Positions 23,484 through 36,530 of a stretch of 64,000 nucleotides of DNA are shown in pieces. Under the pieces are notes generated by a model. That model was given only the letters and a program-made list of their open reading frames with translations. It was not told where the DNA came from and ran no database searches. The position numbers and the translations under genes were made by a program. Source of the DNA: Octopus vulgaris (lineage: Eukaryota); assembly GCA_951406725.2 (NCBI GenBank), contig OX597835.1, forward strand, positions 41,788,001 through 41,852,000, written 5' to 3'. Position 1 is the stretch's first letter. Each line of letters begins with the position of its first letter.

Positions 23484-25426
23484 GGTTAATATAGGGCGTA
23501 ACAAATATCAGAAAATCAAAAAAAAAATGTGTGTAAATAGGTGTAAAACAACTTCCTATGAACGAATATGAAAAAAAAATTCGCGCACGCGAAAGGGGGT
23601 GGGGGAGAGGCCTCGGAAAATTCACATCGGAAAGTTCCGAAAGCGTCTGAGGAGCTGACCCGGGCACCAAAACAAAAAAAAATAGTGTAATATGTGTAAA
23701 ACAACTTGCTCTAAACGAAAATGACAAAAAAAATGCGCTCTCGCGAAAGAGGGGTGGGGGAGAGGCCTCGGAATATTTATATCGGGAATTTCCGAAAGCG
23801 TCTGAACCGGGCACAAAAACAAAAACAAAAACAGCGTAATAGGTGTAAAACAACTTGCTCTAAACGACTATCATGAAAAAAATGCGCGCTCGCGAAAGGG
23901 GGGTGGGGGAGAGGCTTCGGAAATTTCACATCTTCAGTCCACGGCCTTTAAACTAAGAAAAAATAGTGTAATTGGTGTAAAACTACTTGTTCTAAACGAG
24001 TATCAAGAACACACACTCACACATGAATCATAAACTCCGTATTTCGCAAAAAAAAAAAATAAAGAGAAGAAATTCTGGAAAAAGTGAAGAAATGTTGGAT
24101 CTCATTCCTTGGTTAAAGCTATTTTAAACATTAAATTTATGCTTTTCTTTGAAATAGTTCAGATATATGCAATTCTTCTCACTTATTAAGATGCATTTAT
24201 CAGAAAAAAAGAGACAGAAAAAATTATTATTTTGTGTCAATCCTTCCCTAATTATCCTTTATTAATTAGTTTTGGCGTGTATTTTTTTCCCAAATTTATT
24301 TTTTCACCTTTACAACACTGTTTAGTAAAGCAATTAATTATCTTTATAATTTGCATATTTGACTTATTAATCAAAATTCTCTAGATGTAATATATACTAA
24401 GTAATGCATCCTTCATTTATGTGTTCCGTTCTGTATTATGCATGCGTGACTGTTTGTATGTAAGTGTGTTTAACTGTGCACATGAATGTGAATATTAAAG
24501 AACATATTTATTTACTATGATTGTTATTTTCAGAACAAATAAATCTTTTGGCTGTTATGTTATTGATGTTATTATTATTGCTAGTTAAAGGGTGGTGACT
24601 TGGCTGAATATTTTGAGTCTTGTAGTATGTAGTTGTGTTAGTCAATATTCTGAGTTCAAATCCAACTCATTTCTTTATCATCATTATCGATGGACCACTC
24701 AAAGAGGTATGTATACATTATCATTTTCGTAACATAATTTCTGTAGTATTTCAAGATGTTTCTGACACGTATTTTGATTCACATGGCGGAGATCCAACAT
24801 TTCTTCACTTTTTCTAGAATTTCTTCTCTTTATTTTTTTTTTTTTTTATGTACAAAAATACGGAGTTTATGATTCATGTGTGAGTGTGTGTTCTTGATAC
24901 TCGTTTAGAACAAGTAGTTTTACACCAATTACACTATTTTTTCTTAGTTTAAAGGCCGTGGACTGAAGATGTGAAATTTCCGAAGCCTCTCCCCACCCCC
25001 TTTCGCGAGCGCGCATTTTTTTCATGATAGTCGTTTAGAGCAAGTTGTTTTACACCTATTACGCTGTTTTTGTTTTTGTTTTTGTGCCCGGTTCAGACGC
25101 TTTCGGAAATTCCCGATATAAATATTCCGAGGCCTCTCCCCCACCCCTCTTTCTCGAGAGCGCATTTTTCTTTTCATATTCGTTTAGAGCAAGTTGTTTT
25201 ACACATATTACACTATTTTTTTTTTGTTTTGGTGCCCGGGTCAGCCCCTCAGACGCTTTCGGAACTTCCCGATGTGAATTTTCCGAGGCCTCTCCCCCAC
25301 CCCCTTTCGCGTGCGCGAATTTTTTTTTCATATTCGTTCATAGGAAGTTGTTTTACACCTATTACACACATTTTTTTTTTGATTTTCTGATATTTGTTAC
25401 GCCCTATATTAACCCCTATATTAACC
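23484..25426. mobile_element. Foldback-type non-autonomous DNA transposon with about 620-bp modular TIRs
   Basis: Arms 23484-24103 and 24789-25426 are inverted; GG..CC ends; 8-bp TSD AGATGTTA; AT-rich non-coding spacer. Confidence 0.9.
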
Positions 25427-25585
25427 AGATGTTATTTCGTCATCGAATTATGGTTGTGTGCTCTTTTGTTTACTGGGTTATTATTATTATTTTTTTGTTT
25501 TTGTTTTCGTTGTTTGTAATGCAAACGGAAAATCCCTTTTTTTCCCCCGCCCCTTAACAAGCTATCCTATATTGTTAGGCGCAGG

Positions 25586-26018
25586 GGATCTTTTCCGTTT
25601 GAACGGCAGTTTTTAACATAATTTCTAGGTAACTAAAAAATTTTAATCTTCGTATACTGGTAGAATGTGTTTATAAAACATCTTTTTCTCTTGGCTTTCT
25701 TGAGAAAATTCTATAGTTTGTAAGATATCTGTTGTTGTTTTTCTTCAATTTCTGCAATTTCAACCAATCAATGACGTCTATTGAGCTGAAAACATTCTGT
25801 GCCGTATGAATATGTCCCTCGTTTAAGAAACAGATTTGGTTTATTTACATTTGTGAAGAAAAAAATACCCTTCCCCCCAACCCTAACCCTAACTAACCCT
25901 AATTCTAACCCTAACCCTAAAACAGATTTTAATGCAATAGATCGATACTAGGGTCATAATTATGGGTGACAATTTCATATGACTGCTAGAAAAACTGCCG
26001 TTCAAACCGAAAAGATCC
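25586..26018. mobile_element. MITE M1 copy inside a SINE head (target deletion)
   Basis: TIRs, no TSD; part of the host SINE head is missing. Confidence 0.88.
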
Positions 26019-27081
26019 GCGTTTTCTACTAGAGTAGCTTCGAGCTGACTAATGTCTTGCAAGTTAATTTGGTAGACGGAAACTGAGTGGAAGCCAGTCA
26101 CGCGTTTGTATGTGTTTGTCCTCCCACCGCTTGACAACTGGCATTGGTTTGGTTTGTTTACGTTCCCGTAACATAGTGGTTCAGCAAAAGAGACCGATAG
26201 AACAAGGAGTGATTTATTCGACTAAAACCTTTCAAGGCAGTGCCCCAGCATGGTCGCTATGCATTGGCCGAAACAAGTAAAATGTAAAATACAAAAAATT
26301 GCACAGCGAATTTAAAGTCCTCAATTTTGTTGCCCCCTAAAAGTGAATGCAAAACCTACCCCATTGAAACTACATATTGAGGACGTCTTTTGCATGCCGC
26401 TCTATCGATTCTGCTCATACACCACCGATAAATAATATTGATTTTTAATATAGGTACAAAGACTGAAATGTTTGGGACTGATATAGCTGATTAAATCGAT
26501 CACTGTATTTGACCGAAGCTTATTTTATCAACCCCGAAAGGGAAAAAAGGGTAAAGCAGATTTCGACGGGATTTGAACTCGGAACGTAAAAGAGCCGAGC
26601 TAAATACTGCATTGACTTCCAGTTGGTCTCTTCTATTCTTACCACTCGTTTTATTAACAAACATGTATTGTCTGCTTGCCACAAAATGTTTCGTCTGATA
26701 AACTTCGAATCTGTCAAAAATGTATTATCAGAGTTTGGTGACCCTGAACAACAATATATCGTTACGCAAGTTTTGAATGTTAACTAGAGATAAGAATATT
26801 GTTTCTACTATTCGATATAATTAAATGTTACTTCGTCATCCAATGATCGTTTTCTGTTGTATTCAAACGAAAAGGCGCAACCTTGTCCTAAATTAGCTTT
26901 GTGGATAAAAAGAAAACGAATAAACAAACGGTTTATAAATTTTGCCTTATACTTTATTCATCTTTTTCTTTATGTAGCTATTCTGAAATTTATATCGAGA
27001 ATATTTTCAGCTTCTTCCGTTACTGTGCGGTGTCGAAAGTTGTATTTCACTGTAAATAAGTGACAATTTACAAGGTTTTTT

Positions 27082-27506
27082 TGAACTTTTCGGTTTGAAC
27101 GGCAGTTTTTAACATAGTTTCTAGTTAACTAAACACTTTTAAACTTCGTATACTGGTAGAATGTGTTTATAAAACATCTTTTTCTCATGGCTTTATTGAG
27201 AAAATTCTATAGATATTTGTAAGATATTTGTTGTTGTTTTTCTCTTCAATTTCTGCAATTTCAACCAATCACTGATGTCTATCGAGGTAAAAAAAAACAT
27301 TCTGTGCCGTATGAATATGTCCCTCGTTTAAGAAACAGATTGGGTTTATTTACATTTGTGAAGAAAAAAAAGATACCCTTCCCCCACCCCTAACCCTAAC
27401 CGTAAAACAGATTGAAATGCAATAGATCGATACTAGGGTCATAATTATGGGTGACAATTTCATATGACACCGCTAGAAAAAACTGCCGTTCAAACCGAAA
27501 AGATCC
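27082..27506. mobile_element. MITE M1 copy
   Basis: TIRs; TSD of about 9 bp, (a/g)ggtttttt. Confidence 0.88.
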
Positions 27507-27858
27507 GGGTTTTTTTCCTTCTTTTTCTTCTGTAAAAAACTTTCTTTGCAACCCAGTGATAAAGTCATTACACGAGTGATACTGCTGTTGCTGGTACTAA
27601 CAGAAATAGGCTTGCGTCCAGAGAAACACGCATACATACATGCATACACACACGCAAATATTGTTTCTACTAAAGGCACAAGACCTGAAATATGGATGGA
27701 AAGGGCTAAGTTGATTACATATGTCCTAGTGCTTAACTGGGACGTATTTTATCGACCCTGAAAAGATGAAAGGCAAAGTCGACCTCGGGCAGCATTCGAA
27801 CTCAGAATGCTGCCGAGCATTTTGTCGAGTAGGGTTACGATTCAACCAGTTCGCAACC

Positions 27859-27902
<44 letters not shown>

Positions 27903-28117
27903 GTATTGGTCAACCCAATGTGACGTGCAATGGTAAGGAATCCGGAATCATGTGGTCGCAAACCCAACTTCATAACAACACAGCCACGTCTGCATCCAGA
28001 TTGACTATATATTGCTTACGTTGCGGGAACTTAGTTTTATCGACCCTAAAGTGATAAGAAAAACTCTCACCTCTGTCATATTGTGAGCTCAAGACACGAA
28101 GTGTCAAAATAATTCCA

Positions 28118-28548
28118 GGATCATTTCGGTTTGAACGGCAGTTTTTCTAGCGGTGTCATATGAAATCGTCACCCATAATTATGACCTTAGTATCGATCTA
28201 TTGCATTTCAATCTGTTTTAGGATTAGGGTTAGTTAGGGTTAGGGGTGGGGGAAGGGTATCTTTTTTTTCTTCACAAATGTAAAAAAAAACAATTTGTTT
28301 CTTAAACGAGGGACATATTCATACGGCACAGAATGTTTTTTTACCTCAATAGACGTCATTGATTGGTTGAAACTGCAGAAATTGAAGAAAAAAAACAACA
28401 ACAAATATCTTACAAACCATAGAATTTTCTCAATAAAGCCAAGAGAAAATGATGTTTTATAAACACATTCTACCAGTAAACGAAGTTTAAAATTTTTTAG
28501 TTACCTAGAAATTATGTTAAAAAACTGCCGTTCAAACCGAAAAGGTCC
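28118..28548. mobile_element. MITE M1 copy
   Basis: TIRs; 8-bp TSD TAATTCCA. Confidence 0.9.
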
Positions 28549-29033
28549 TAATTCCATCAGCTTCGACGTAGGTGAGAGTTTGGTCGAAATTTTTTTTAAA
28601 ATTGAGTCAGAAGAATAATGGCTGCTAATTGCAACACATCATAATTGGGTGTCGAAATATATGACCTCACGAGTCAAACGTTTGACAGGAATGTCAACTT
28701 AAATAGTTTTTCTAAGTGGACTGCTTGACTTATTATATACACACTTAAATTTCCTACACTGACACTGGCGCGTGCGTGTTCATATATGTTTGTGTATGTG
28801 CACATATTATGTACGCGAGCCGAGAATTTTATTTATAACCGAAATTGTTCCGCGCAAACTCTCACACAGGATACACTCACACGGGCGCGTCACGTACATT
28901 TTATACACACACATACATACAAATCTCACGGCACTGACCAGAGGATTGGATGTTGGTATACATCGCTAGTCATAATATGCTTCGCATTGTTTTAGCTTTC
29001 GAATGATGCCAACCCGCTGGTTAGGCGAGCACA

Positions 29034-29064
<31 letters not shown>

Positions 29065-29070
29065 CATACA

Positions 29071-29125
<55 letters not shown>

Positions 29126-29155
29126 GCGATTTTTTTCCTCTGTCTTTCCTTCTAT

Positions 29156-29190
29156 GTTTCCGACGAAGAGCTCCGCTCGAAACGTTAAAC
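29156..29190 (+). ncRNA. Minimal hammerhead-like motif, variant core CCGACGA
   Basis: guuu-CCGACGA-a-gagc-ucc-gcuc-GAAA-cg-UU-aaac within a (TA)n-flanked repeat 29123-29301. Confidence 0.6.
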
Positions 29191-29321
29191 CCTCCTTCTT
29201 CCCTTCTTTCCTGAGCGTCCAATAATACTTTATTTGTTCCACGTCCTCGCGTTGTTGTGGTTTTTTTGTTTTTGTTTTTGTGTTTTCTTGTTTGGATTAA
29301 CTATATATATATATATATATA

Positions 29322-29507
29322 CTTTATTTAAAGCAGCTGAAAATTCAACAAAACCTGTTACTCTGAGTTTCACATTGCCGTTCGTCGGACAGTTTTTGCA
29401 AGAATAGAACCGATATCGGTTCTATTCTAGCAAAAACTGTCCGACGAACGGCAACGTGAAACTCAGAGTAACAGGTTTTGTTGAATTTTCAGCTGCTTTA
29501 AATAAAG
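29322..29507. ncRNA. Near-perfect 186-bp palindrome carrying hammerhead motifs on both strands (29437-29474 +, 29355-29392 -)
   Basis: cugu-CCGACGA-acg-gcaa-cgu-GAAA-cucagag-UA-acag; centre at 29414/29415 with no spacer. Confidence 0.75.
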
Positions 29508-29591
29508 CATATTACTCTACCACTGGTATTTGAGTACTCTTTTTTCCACCTTGTTTCACATTTATGTGTTTACTCCGGTATATATATATAT

Positions 29592-30076
29592 CACCTTGAG
29601 CGACCAGTCCATCAGGCGTCCATTTGACACCGCTGGTCACAGCACACTGTCCACTCCTCTCTGGATCGCGCCTTTCTCATCCATGTGATCCCAATCTTCC
29701 TCCTGAAATCGTAACTCCACCGTCGTGGAGGCCTTCCAGGTGGTCGTTTCCGCTCGTGCGGGTACCACTCGACAACTGCGCGGGTCCACCGATTATCGGT
29801 GAGCCGGGTGACATGTCTAGCCCATCTAAACTTGCTGCGTGTATATTCTGCAATGACATCTCTCACACCAGACTTCTTTCTGATGATCTCGCTACTGATG
29901 TGCTCTCTCAACAAGATTCCAAGCATTGACCTTTCCATGGCTCTTTGAGCCGTTACCAGTCTCTGCTCTTCTCTCTTTGTTGTAGCCCATGTTTCACTAC
30001 CATATAAAATTGCAGGTAGAACTGTACTGTTGATGAGGTTGGCGCGGGTGGTCCTGTCCAACCTTCCCTTGGGCAC
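29592..30076 (-). mobile_element. RTE-like LINE 3' end
   Basis: LPAILYGSETW, QRAMERSMLG, RWARHVTRLTDNRW, RPPGRPPRRW. Confidence 0.9.
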
Positions 30077-30478
30077 ATATATATATATATTTTTTTTTTA
30101 ACTGAACCGGTTTCAGCTAATGAGCTGTGGCCATGCTGGGGCACCGCCATTTAGTGTTGCTACATAACTCTTACTTTTTACTAATTCCGTTTGGAACTTG
30201 CCATCTGGGGCATAAAGGAGTTCGATCCCGTTGCCCTCATTTGCATTTCCCGCTGTGAAGTTGGTTCATCTGGGACTCTTGACGGTAAAAGATCTAATTT
30301 CATTTTGAAGACACCTACATCCACCCAATGCAGGTCTTTCAGGTTCTTCGGGAGGACATTGAAGAGTTGTGGTCCTTTTAAAAGCCCAGGCTACTAGGCT
30401 GTTATTGAACGTTGATATGCTCGCGTTTTCTTTTTCTTCTTTTTCTCCGGATGTTGCAATATCAGGATTTTAACCTAC

Positions 30479-30696
30479 ATGTTTTTTTTTACCTCAATAG
30501 ACGTCATTGATTGGTTGAAATTGCAGAAATTGAAGAAAAAAAAAAAACAACAAATATCTTAAAAACTATAGAATTTTCTCAATAAAGCCAAGAGAAAAAG
30601 ATGTTTTATAACACATTCTACCAGTATACGAAGTTTAAAAGTGTTTAGTTACGTGGAAATTATTTTTAAAAACTGCCGTTCAAACCGAAAAGATCC
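30479..30696. mobile_element. MITE M1 half copy
   Basis: One TIR plus internal homology to full copies. Confidence 0.85.
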
Positions 30697-30829
30697 GAAA
30701 TTATTTCACAATCGTAATTTCTGTTACATTAAACACGGAAATACTTTTATAAAGAAATAACCCCACCCCTACCCTCATTTGATTCCTTGTCCGTTTCCTT
30801 CCTCGCAAGGAAATGGTAGATATGTTTGT

Positions 30830-31109
30830 TTTTTTTTTCAAACTGCGCGGAAAAATATGGAGATTAACAATATGGCAAAAAATTAAATCAATTTCAAATT
30901 TATATGAAAAACTCTAAATTTGATCCACACACCCCGTTCATTTTCAGTGAACTGTGGAGATTGTTGCTGCACAAGCACCATTTTTGCTGGACGACGAGGG
31001 GTGTGTGGATCAAATTTGGAGTTTTTCGTATAAAATTTAAAATTAATTAATTTTTTGTTTGCCATATTGTTAATCTCCGTATTTTTCGAGGTAGATTGAA
31101 AAAAAAAAA
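30830..31109. mobile_element. Palindromic MITE-like element with arms of about 100 bp
   Basis: ggagattaacaatatggc..gatccacacacccc inverted at about 30997-31080. Confidence 0.7.
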
Positions 31110-31401
31110 TTTCGAAAACAGTTAAAAATTTTAAAAATTGGGGTGGGATTTAAAATTTTGAAAACGCGACTTTTTTCATATTCGGAATCTCCGTCATCGA
31201 AAACCTAGGAATCCACTGAAAAAAAACAAGAAAAATTTCCCAAGCTCCGTTTGTGTATGTGTGTGTGGTGGTGGGGGGTAACTGTCGTACAACTCCACCC
31301 AGTGGGGAGGGGGCTGTCGTAAAGCTCCACCCATGTATACATATATATTTACATATATACCCAACTTTAACACCCTGTCACAAAACTGAAAAAAAAAGTA
31401 A

Positions 31402-31820
31402 GGATCTTTTCGGTTTGAACGGCAGTTTTTAACATAATTAATTTCTAGGTAACTAAACACTTTTAAACTTCGTATACTGGTAGAATGTGTTTATAAAACA
31501 TCTTTTTCTCTTGGCTTTATTGAGAAAATTCTATAGTTTCTAAGATATTTGTTGTTGTTTTTTTCTTCAATTTCAACCAATCAATGACGTCCACTGAGGT
31601 AAAAAAAAAAAACATTCTGTGCCGTATGAATATGTCCCTCGTTTAAGAAACAGATTGGGTTTAATTACATTTGTGAAGGAAAAAAAGATACCCTTCCCCC
31701 TAACTAACCCTAACCCTAAAACAAATTGAAATGCAATAGATCGATACTAGGGTCGTAATTATGGGTGACAATTTCATATGACACCGCTAGAAAAAACTGC
31801 CGCTCAAACCGAAAAGATCC
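31402..31820. mobile_element. MITE M1 copy nested in a fragment of the foldback arm sequence
   Basis: TIRs; 8-bp TSD AAAAGTAA. Confidence 0.9.
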
Positions 31821-32758
31821 AAAAGTAATGTAATATGTGTAAAATAATGTGTTGTAAACGAATATGAAAAAAAAAATGCGCGCTGACGAACGGGGAGTGG
31901 GAGAGGACTCGGAAAATTCACATCGAAAATTTATCGATCACGGAAAGATGAAAGGCAGAGTCGACTCCGGCGGCATTTGAACTCAGAACGTATTTTGTCC
32001 GGCGCAGAAACGATTCTGCTAGCTCGCCACCTTATACGAACTTAATAACGACAGTTTATCTTATGGAATTCATTATTTTCGAAATTGCTGTGATTTGCAA
32101 CAGAAATCTGGTAACAAAAGAGTTAAAGAAGTAAGTTTGAAAGGACAAAAAGAGACGAAGAAAAGCGCTGGAGACGTACCTCGATTATTAGATGCGTTCA
32201 TAGGTAAATCCTTGCATAACAAATAATTTTGATGAGACAGTGTTTAAGATATAAGGTAAGGGTGAATGTCAGCGTGTAAATGAGGAAATGTACTGGCTTG
32301 CGTGAGCGGAGAAGACAAACTATGAAAGAGATAAGAGGAGAGAGGTTGTCATGTGTCAGGAAGTGTGTAAGTGCTATGTGTCAGTAAGGTTGTGTTAGTG
32401 ATGTATGAGGGGAGGGACAGTGTGTGAGTTTGAATGAGAGGAAGAAGGCAAAGAAAATATGTATAAAAATATAGGGGAAATTCCTGGTCTGTCGCGAGCG
32501 CATAGTTGAGGAAAGAAAGGATGTGCTATAAGTGAATGCCTATATACATACCATGCAGCACAGACTTTGTCAGTGAACAGGTCGCGGATTTTAGCGACGA
32601 AAATATTTTGACAAATTAAACTTAAATGTTGAAGTGAATCGAACGGCTTTTGTGTGTTTCTTAAATGGCTTATAAACACCTTCCACGCTGCAATTGTTTT
32701 CGTTTCAGCACACGATCTCAGATCAAATTACTTGCTATGCGAGTACATCTCCGTAAAA

Positions 32759-32875
32759 CCTATATACATAGTTCATATTATACACGCACATAAGCTAGCT
32801 ATACATAGTTCATATTATACACGCACAGAAGCTAGCTATACATAGTTCATATTATACACGCACAGAAGCTAGCTA
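32759..32875. repeat. 37-bp tandem repeat, 3 copies
   Basis: ctatacatagttcatattatacacgcacagaagctag. Confidence 0.9.
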
Positions 32876-33297
32876 GATTCACAAGTTTTGGTAGACCAGA
32901 TTTTTGAATCGTCAAAACATTTTAGATAATCAGGCGAAAGAACAACGACAAACAGGCTGTCACGTGTACGAAGTATTAAGATAAGAGGTCAATGGCCATA
33001 AATCTAGTGAGACTCGAGATCTCCTCATGTATCAGTATGTATGTGGGATCATGTACGCGCGCGCTCGCACATTGTATATACTCGTGTGTGTGTGATAATC
33101 TTTCGGCTTATGATCACAAAGTGAAAGTGTGGTACTATTCAGTGGTAAACTACAGCCTGCATTTTGTGGTTGCCAACGATGTCTGGATGCACTCAAACCC
33201 TTTAGAATGTCACACCTGGACCAAAATGAAAGACAAATATCACACCATGCACGAGATGTGCGGACCACAGAAGACAGCCACTCTAAATACGTTTGTT

Positions 33298-33539
33298 GGA
33301 TCTTTTCGGTTTGAACGGCAGTTTTTTCTAGCGGTGTCATATGAAATTGTCACCCATAATTATGACCCTAGTATCGATCTATTGCATTTCAATCTCTTTT
33401 AGGGTTAGGGTTAGTTAGGAGTGGGGGAAGGGTATCTTTTTTTCTTCAGAAATGTAAATAAACCCAATCTGTTTCTTAAACGAGGGACATATTCATACGG
33501 CACAGAATGTTTTTTTTACGTCAGTGATTGGTTGAAATT
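33298..33539. mobile_element. MITE M1 half copy
   Basis: One TIR plus the TTAGGG-bearing half. Confidence 0.85.
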
Positions 33540-36106
33540 TAGATAATCAGGCGAAAGAACAACTCCTCTCTTTTGCGTGTCCGCGTTCATATTTTCCCGT
33601 TCTACAACTCATATTATTCCCTATACAGTATTAGTGAATGTTTAGATATAGTGATGATGTCTAAGAGGAATATAACACATCAATAAATTGTTTATTGGTC
33701 CTATGTTCCCTTTTCACTTTGGACGCAAGCAGTGAGAGACGGACCTTTTGTACGGACTTAACCATTTCAGAGGTCACCATTTCTAAACTACCCGTTGCTT
33801 TATTTTCTGACTTTAAACTCCTGCGACAAAGGTTCATAATACATCTCTGATATATCTTGAACATAGTCTATTTGTTTTTAAATAGCAATAGGTCATTTTG
33901 ACGTATTTTATTTTCCCCCCACCCAAACGCTAGCAATTTCTCATCTACGTTCCAGATAATCATTATTTGAATACTATATTTTAAGTGTATCAAATCACTT
34001 GTAGGTCTTAAAACTGGTTTATTAGCCGTATCAATGGCATATACTGGAGTTAAGTGCACACTTCTAACAGACTTTGTATTATGGATTCACTGCAAGGCTA
34101 GCAGTAGAACTTGATCTTCCTGTTATTATAAGACTTAACACTGTCGTGTCGCCGTAGTCTGAATGTTTAGATTGTATCAACAAACCTTCTGACTTTCCTT
34201 ATTTTCTATCAGCGAGTCTGCTAAATGCTTTATGGGTTAGAAATGTCGACCATCACAGTTTAACCGTTTTAATCATCTGTAAAATGCTTGAGATCCGTTT
34301 CACTGAGATCTTGTAACAAAATTGTTCACTTAGAGAATTAATTGGTCTCTTTTATTGAGTGCTCCTTCTTAAGAATATGCTGCGGGTTCTTGGTTACTGT
34401 TTATGCATTTGAACAGGACGCTTCAGTTTTTGACCTGCTAACTTAGGCACATAATCAATCTTTGAACAATTATATTTAGAACGAGTCCTTATTTTAAAAT
34501 TTTATTTCCGTTCTCTTCTCGTCTTCGTTCCAATTGCCTGAAAAGAAAAGAAGAAAGAAAGATAGAAAGAAAGCTAGAAAGAAAGAAAGAAAGAAGGAAG
34601 AAAGAAAGAACGAAGGAAAGAAAGAAAGAAACGATCAACTCTGCAATCAAGTTTGTTATCTAATTGCAAATTAAACTTCCTGCCTAACTACCATCTATCT
34701 GACTCAGCGAAAACAATCTAACAAACGCACACACTTTCTCTCTCATCCTGAGCACAAAACTAAGTGTTATTGGTCATTTTCTTATACATCACTTACGAAA
34801 GTTTCCCTTTTTTTATAGAATTGATCTGGGTGAAGAAGCTGTACCCATATTTTTTGTAGGTACTCGGAGAGCGGTAAGATCGATGCGGGTATATGTTCCT
34901 CTTGAACAGTTACAAGTAAAATGGCTGCAGAAAGAAAAATCATGTGTGGTATCTGGGAAGAACGCAATACGCGTGATGAAAAGAGGTAAAAAAAAAAAAC
35001 GGGTATATTAGGGGTGGCTGAGTTGAGATGGCATGAGATCAGCCAACCCAGAGAAGCAGATACGACTGTAGAAGCAGTAAAAGATGGGAGAAAGTATGTC
35101 CTTTAGATTGAGGTTGGATTAGAGTGGGTGGATGAGCGACTACAGACTAATCAGTTTCTCATTACATAGTGTTTGTGTGCGCGCGCGCGTGTTTGTGTGC
35201 ACGCGTGTATAATGAAGGCGCGTAGGTTAGGCGCGTGCTTAGGCAATTCAGCTCATGATCGTTTGGTTGCGAGTTCGATTCCCGGCGGCGTGTTATGTTC
35301 TTGAACAAGACACTTTTATTTCAAGCTGCTCCTTTCAATTCAGTTGGCAAAAATGAGTTGTACCCGTATTTCAAAGGACCAGCTTTGTCACATTCTGTGT
35401 CACAGTGAATCTCCCTGAGAACTATGTTTAGGGTACGCGTGTCTGTGGAGTGCTCAACCACTTGCACGTTAATTTCACGAGCAGGCCGTTCCGTTGATCG
35501 GATCAAGTGGAACACTCGTCGTCGCAACCGACGGAGTGCCATTTGTGTGTGTGTGTGTGTGGTAGCAGCAGCATCCCCGACCCAGATATGGGAGTAGTAT
35601 TCCATTGTGAGTCTTTCCTGAGCTTTACTCTCTTTTACTCTTTTACCTGTTTCAGTCATTTGACTGCGGCCATGCTGGAGCACCGCCTTTAGTCGAGCAA
35701 ATCGACCCCAGGACTTATTCTTTGGAAGCCTAGCACTTACTCTATCGGTCTATTTTGCCGAACCGCTAAGTTACTGGGACGTAAACACACCAGCATCGGT
35801 TATCAAACGATGTTCTAGGAGGGGGGGCAAACACAGACACACAAACATACACACACACACACACACACATATATGTATATACATATATACGACAGGCTTC
35901 TTTCAGTTTCCGTCTACCAAATCCACTTACAAGGCTTTGTTCGGCCCGAGGCTATAGTAGAAGACACTTGTCCAAGGTGCTACGCAGTAGGAATGAACCC
36001 GGAACTATGTGGTTGGTAAGCAAGCTATTTACCACACAGCCACTCCTGAGAGGAAATTGTTTGGGGGGATAAGAGGTGGAGCTTCTAGCTCTGGAAAAGG
36101 AGAACC

Positions 36107-36530
36107 GGATCTTTTCGGTTTGAACGGCAGTTTTTAACATAATTTCTACGTAACTAAAAATTTTTAAACTTCGTATACTGGTAGAATGTGTTTATAAAAC
36201 ATCATTTTCTCTTGGCTTTCTTGAGAAAATTCTGTAGTTTGCAACATAATTCGTGTTTAATTCCTTGCATTTTTGGCGATTTTAACCAATCATTGGCGTC
36301 TATTGAGTCCAAAAACATTCTGTGCCGTATGAATATGTCCCTCCTTTAAGAAACAGATTGGGTTTATTTACATTTGTGAAGAAAAAAGATACCCTTCCCC
36401 CCACCCTAACCCTAACCCTAAATCTAAAATAGATTGAAATGCAATAGATCGATACTAGGGTCGTAATTATGGGTGACAATTTCATATGACACCGCTAGAA
36501 AAAATGGCAGTTTTTTCTAGCGGTGTCATA
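36107..36530. mobile_element. MITE M1 copy with a folded-back right end
   Basis: Left TIR intact; right TIR replaced by an inverted copy of the subterminal sequence. Confidence 0.85.

Noticed and set aside
23461-25557. Mirror-image ORFs (MFYTYYAVF...)
   Set aside because: Translations of the foldback TIRs with no protein motif
25880-25920. Telomeric (TAACCC)n suggesting a chromosome end or fusion
   Set aside because: Short tracts internal to MITE M1 copies
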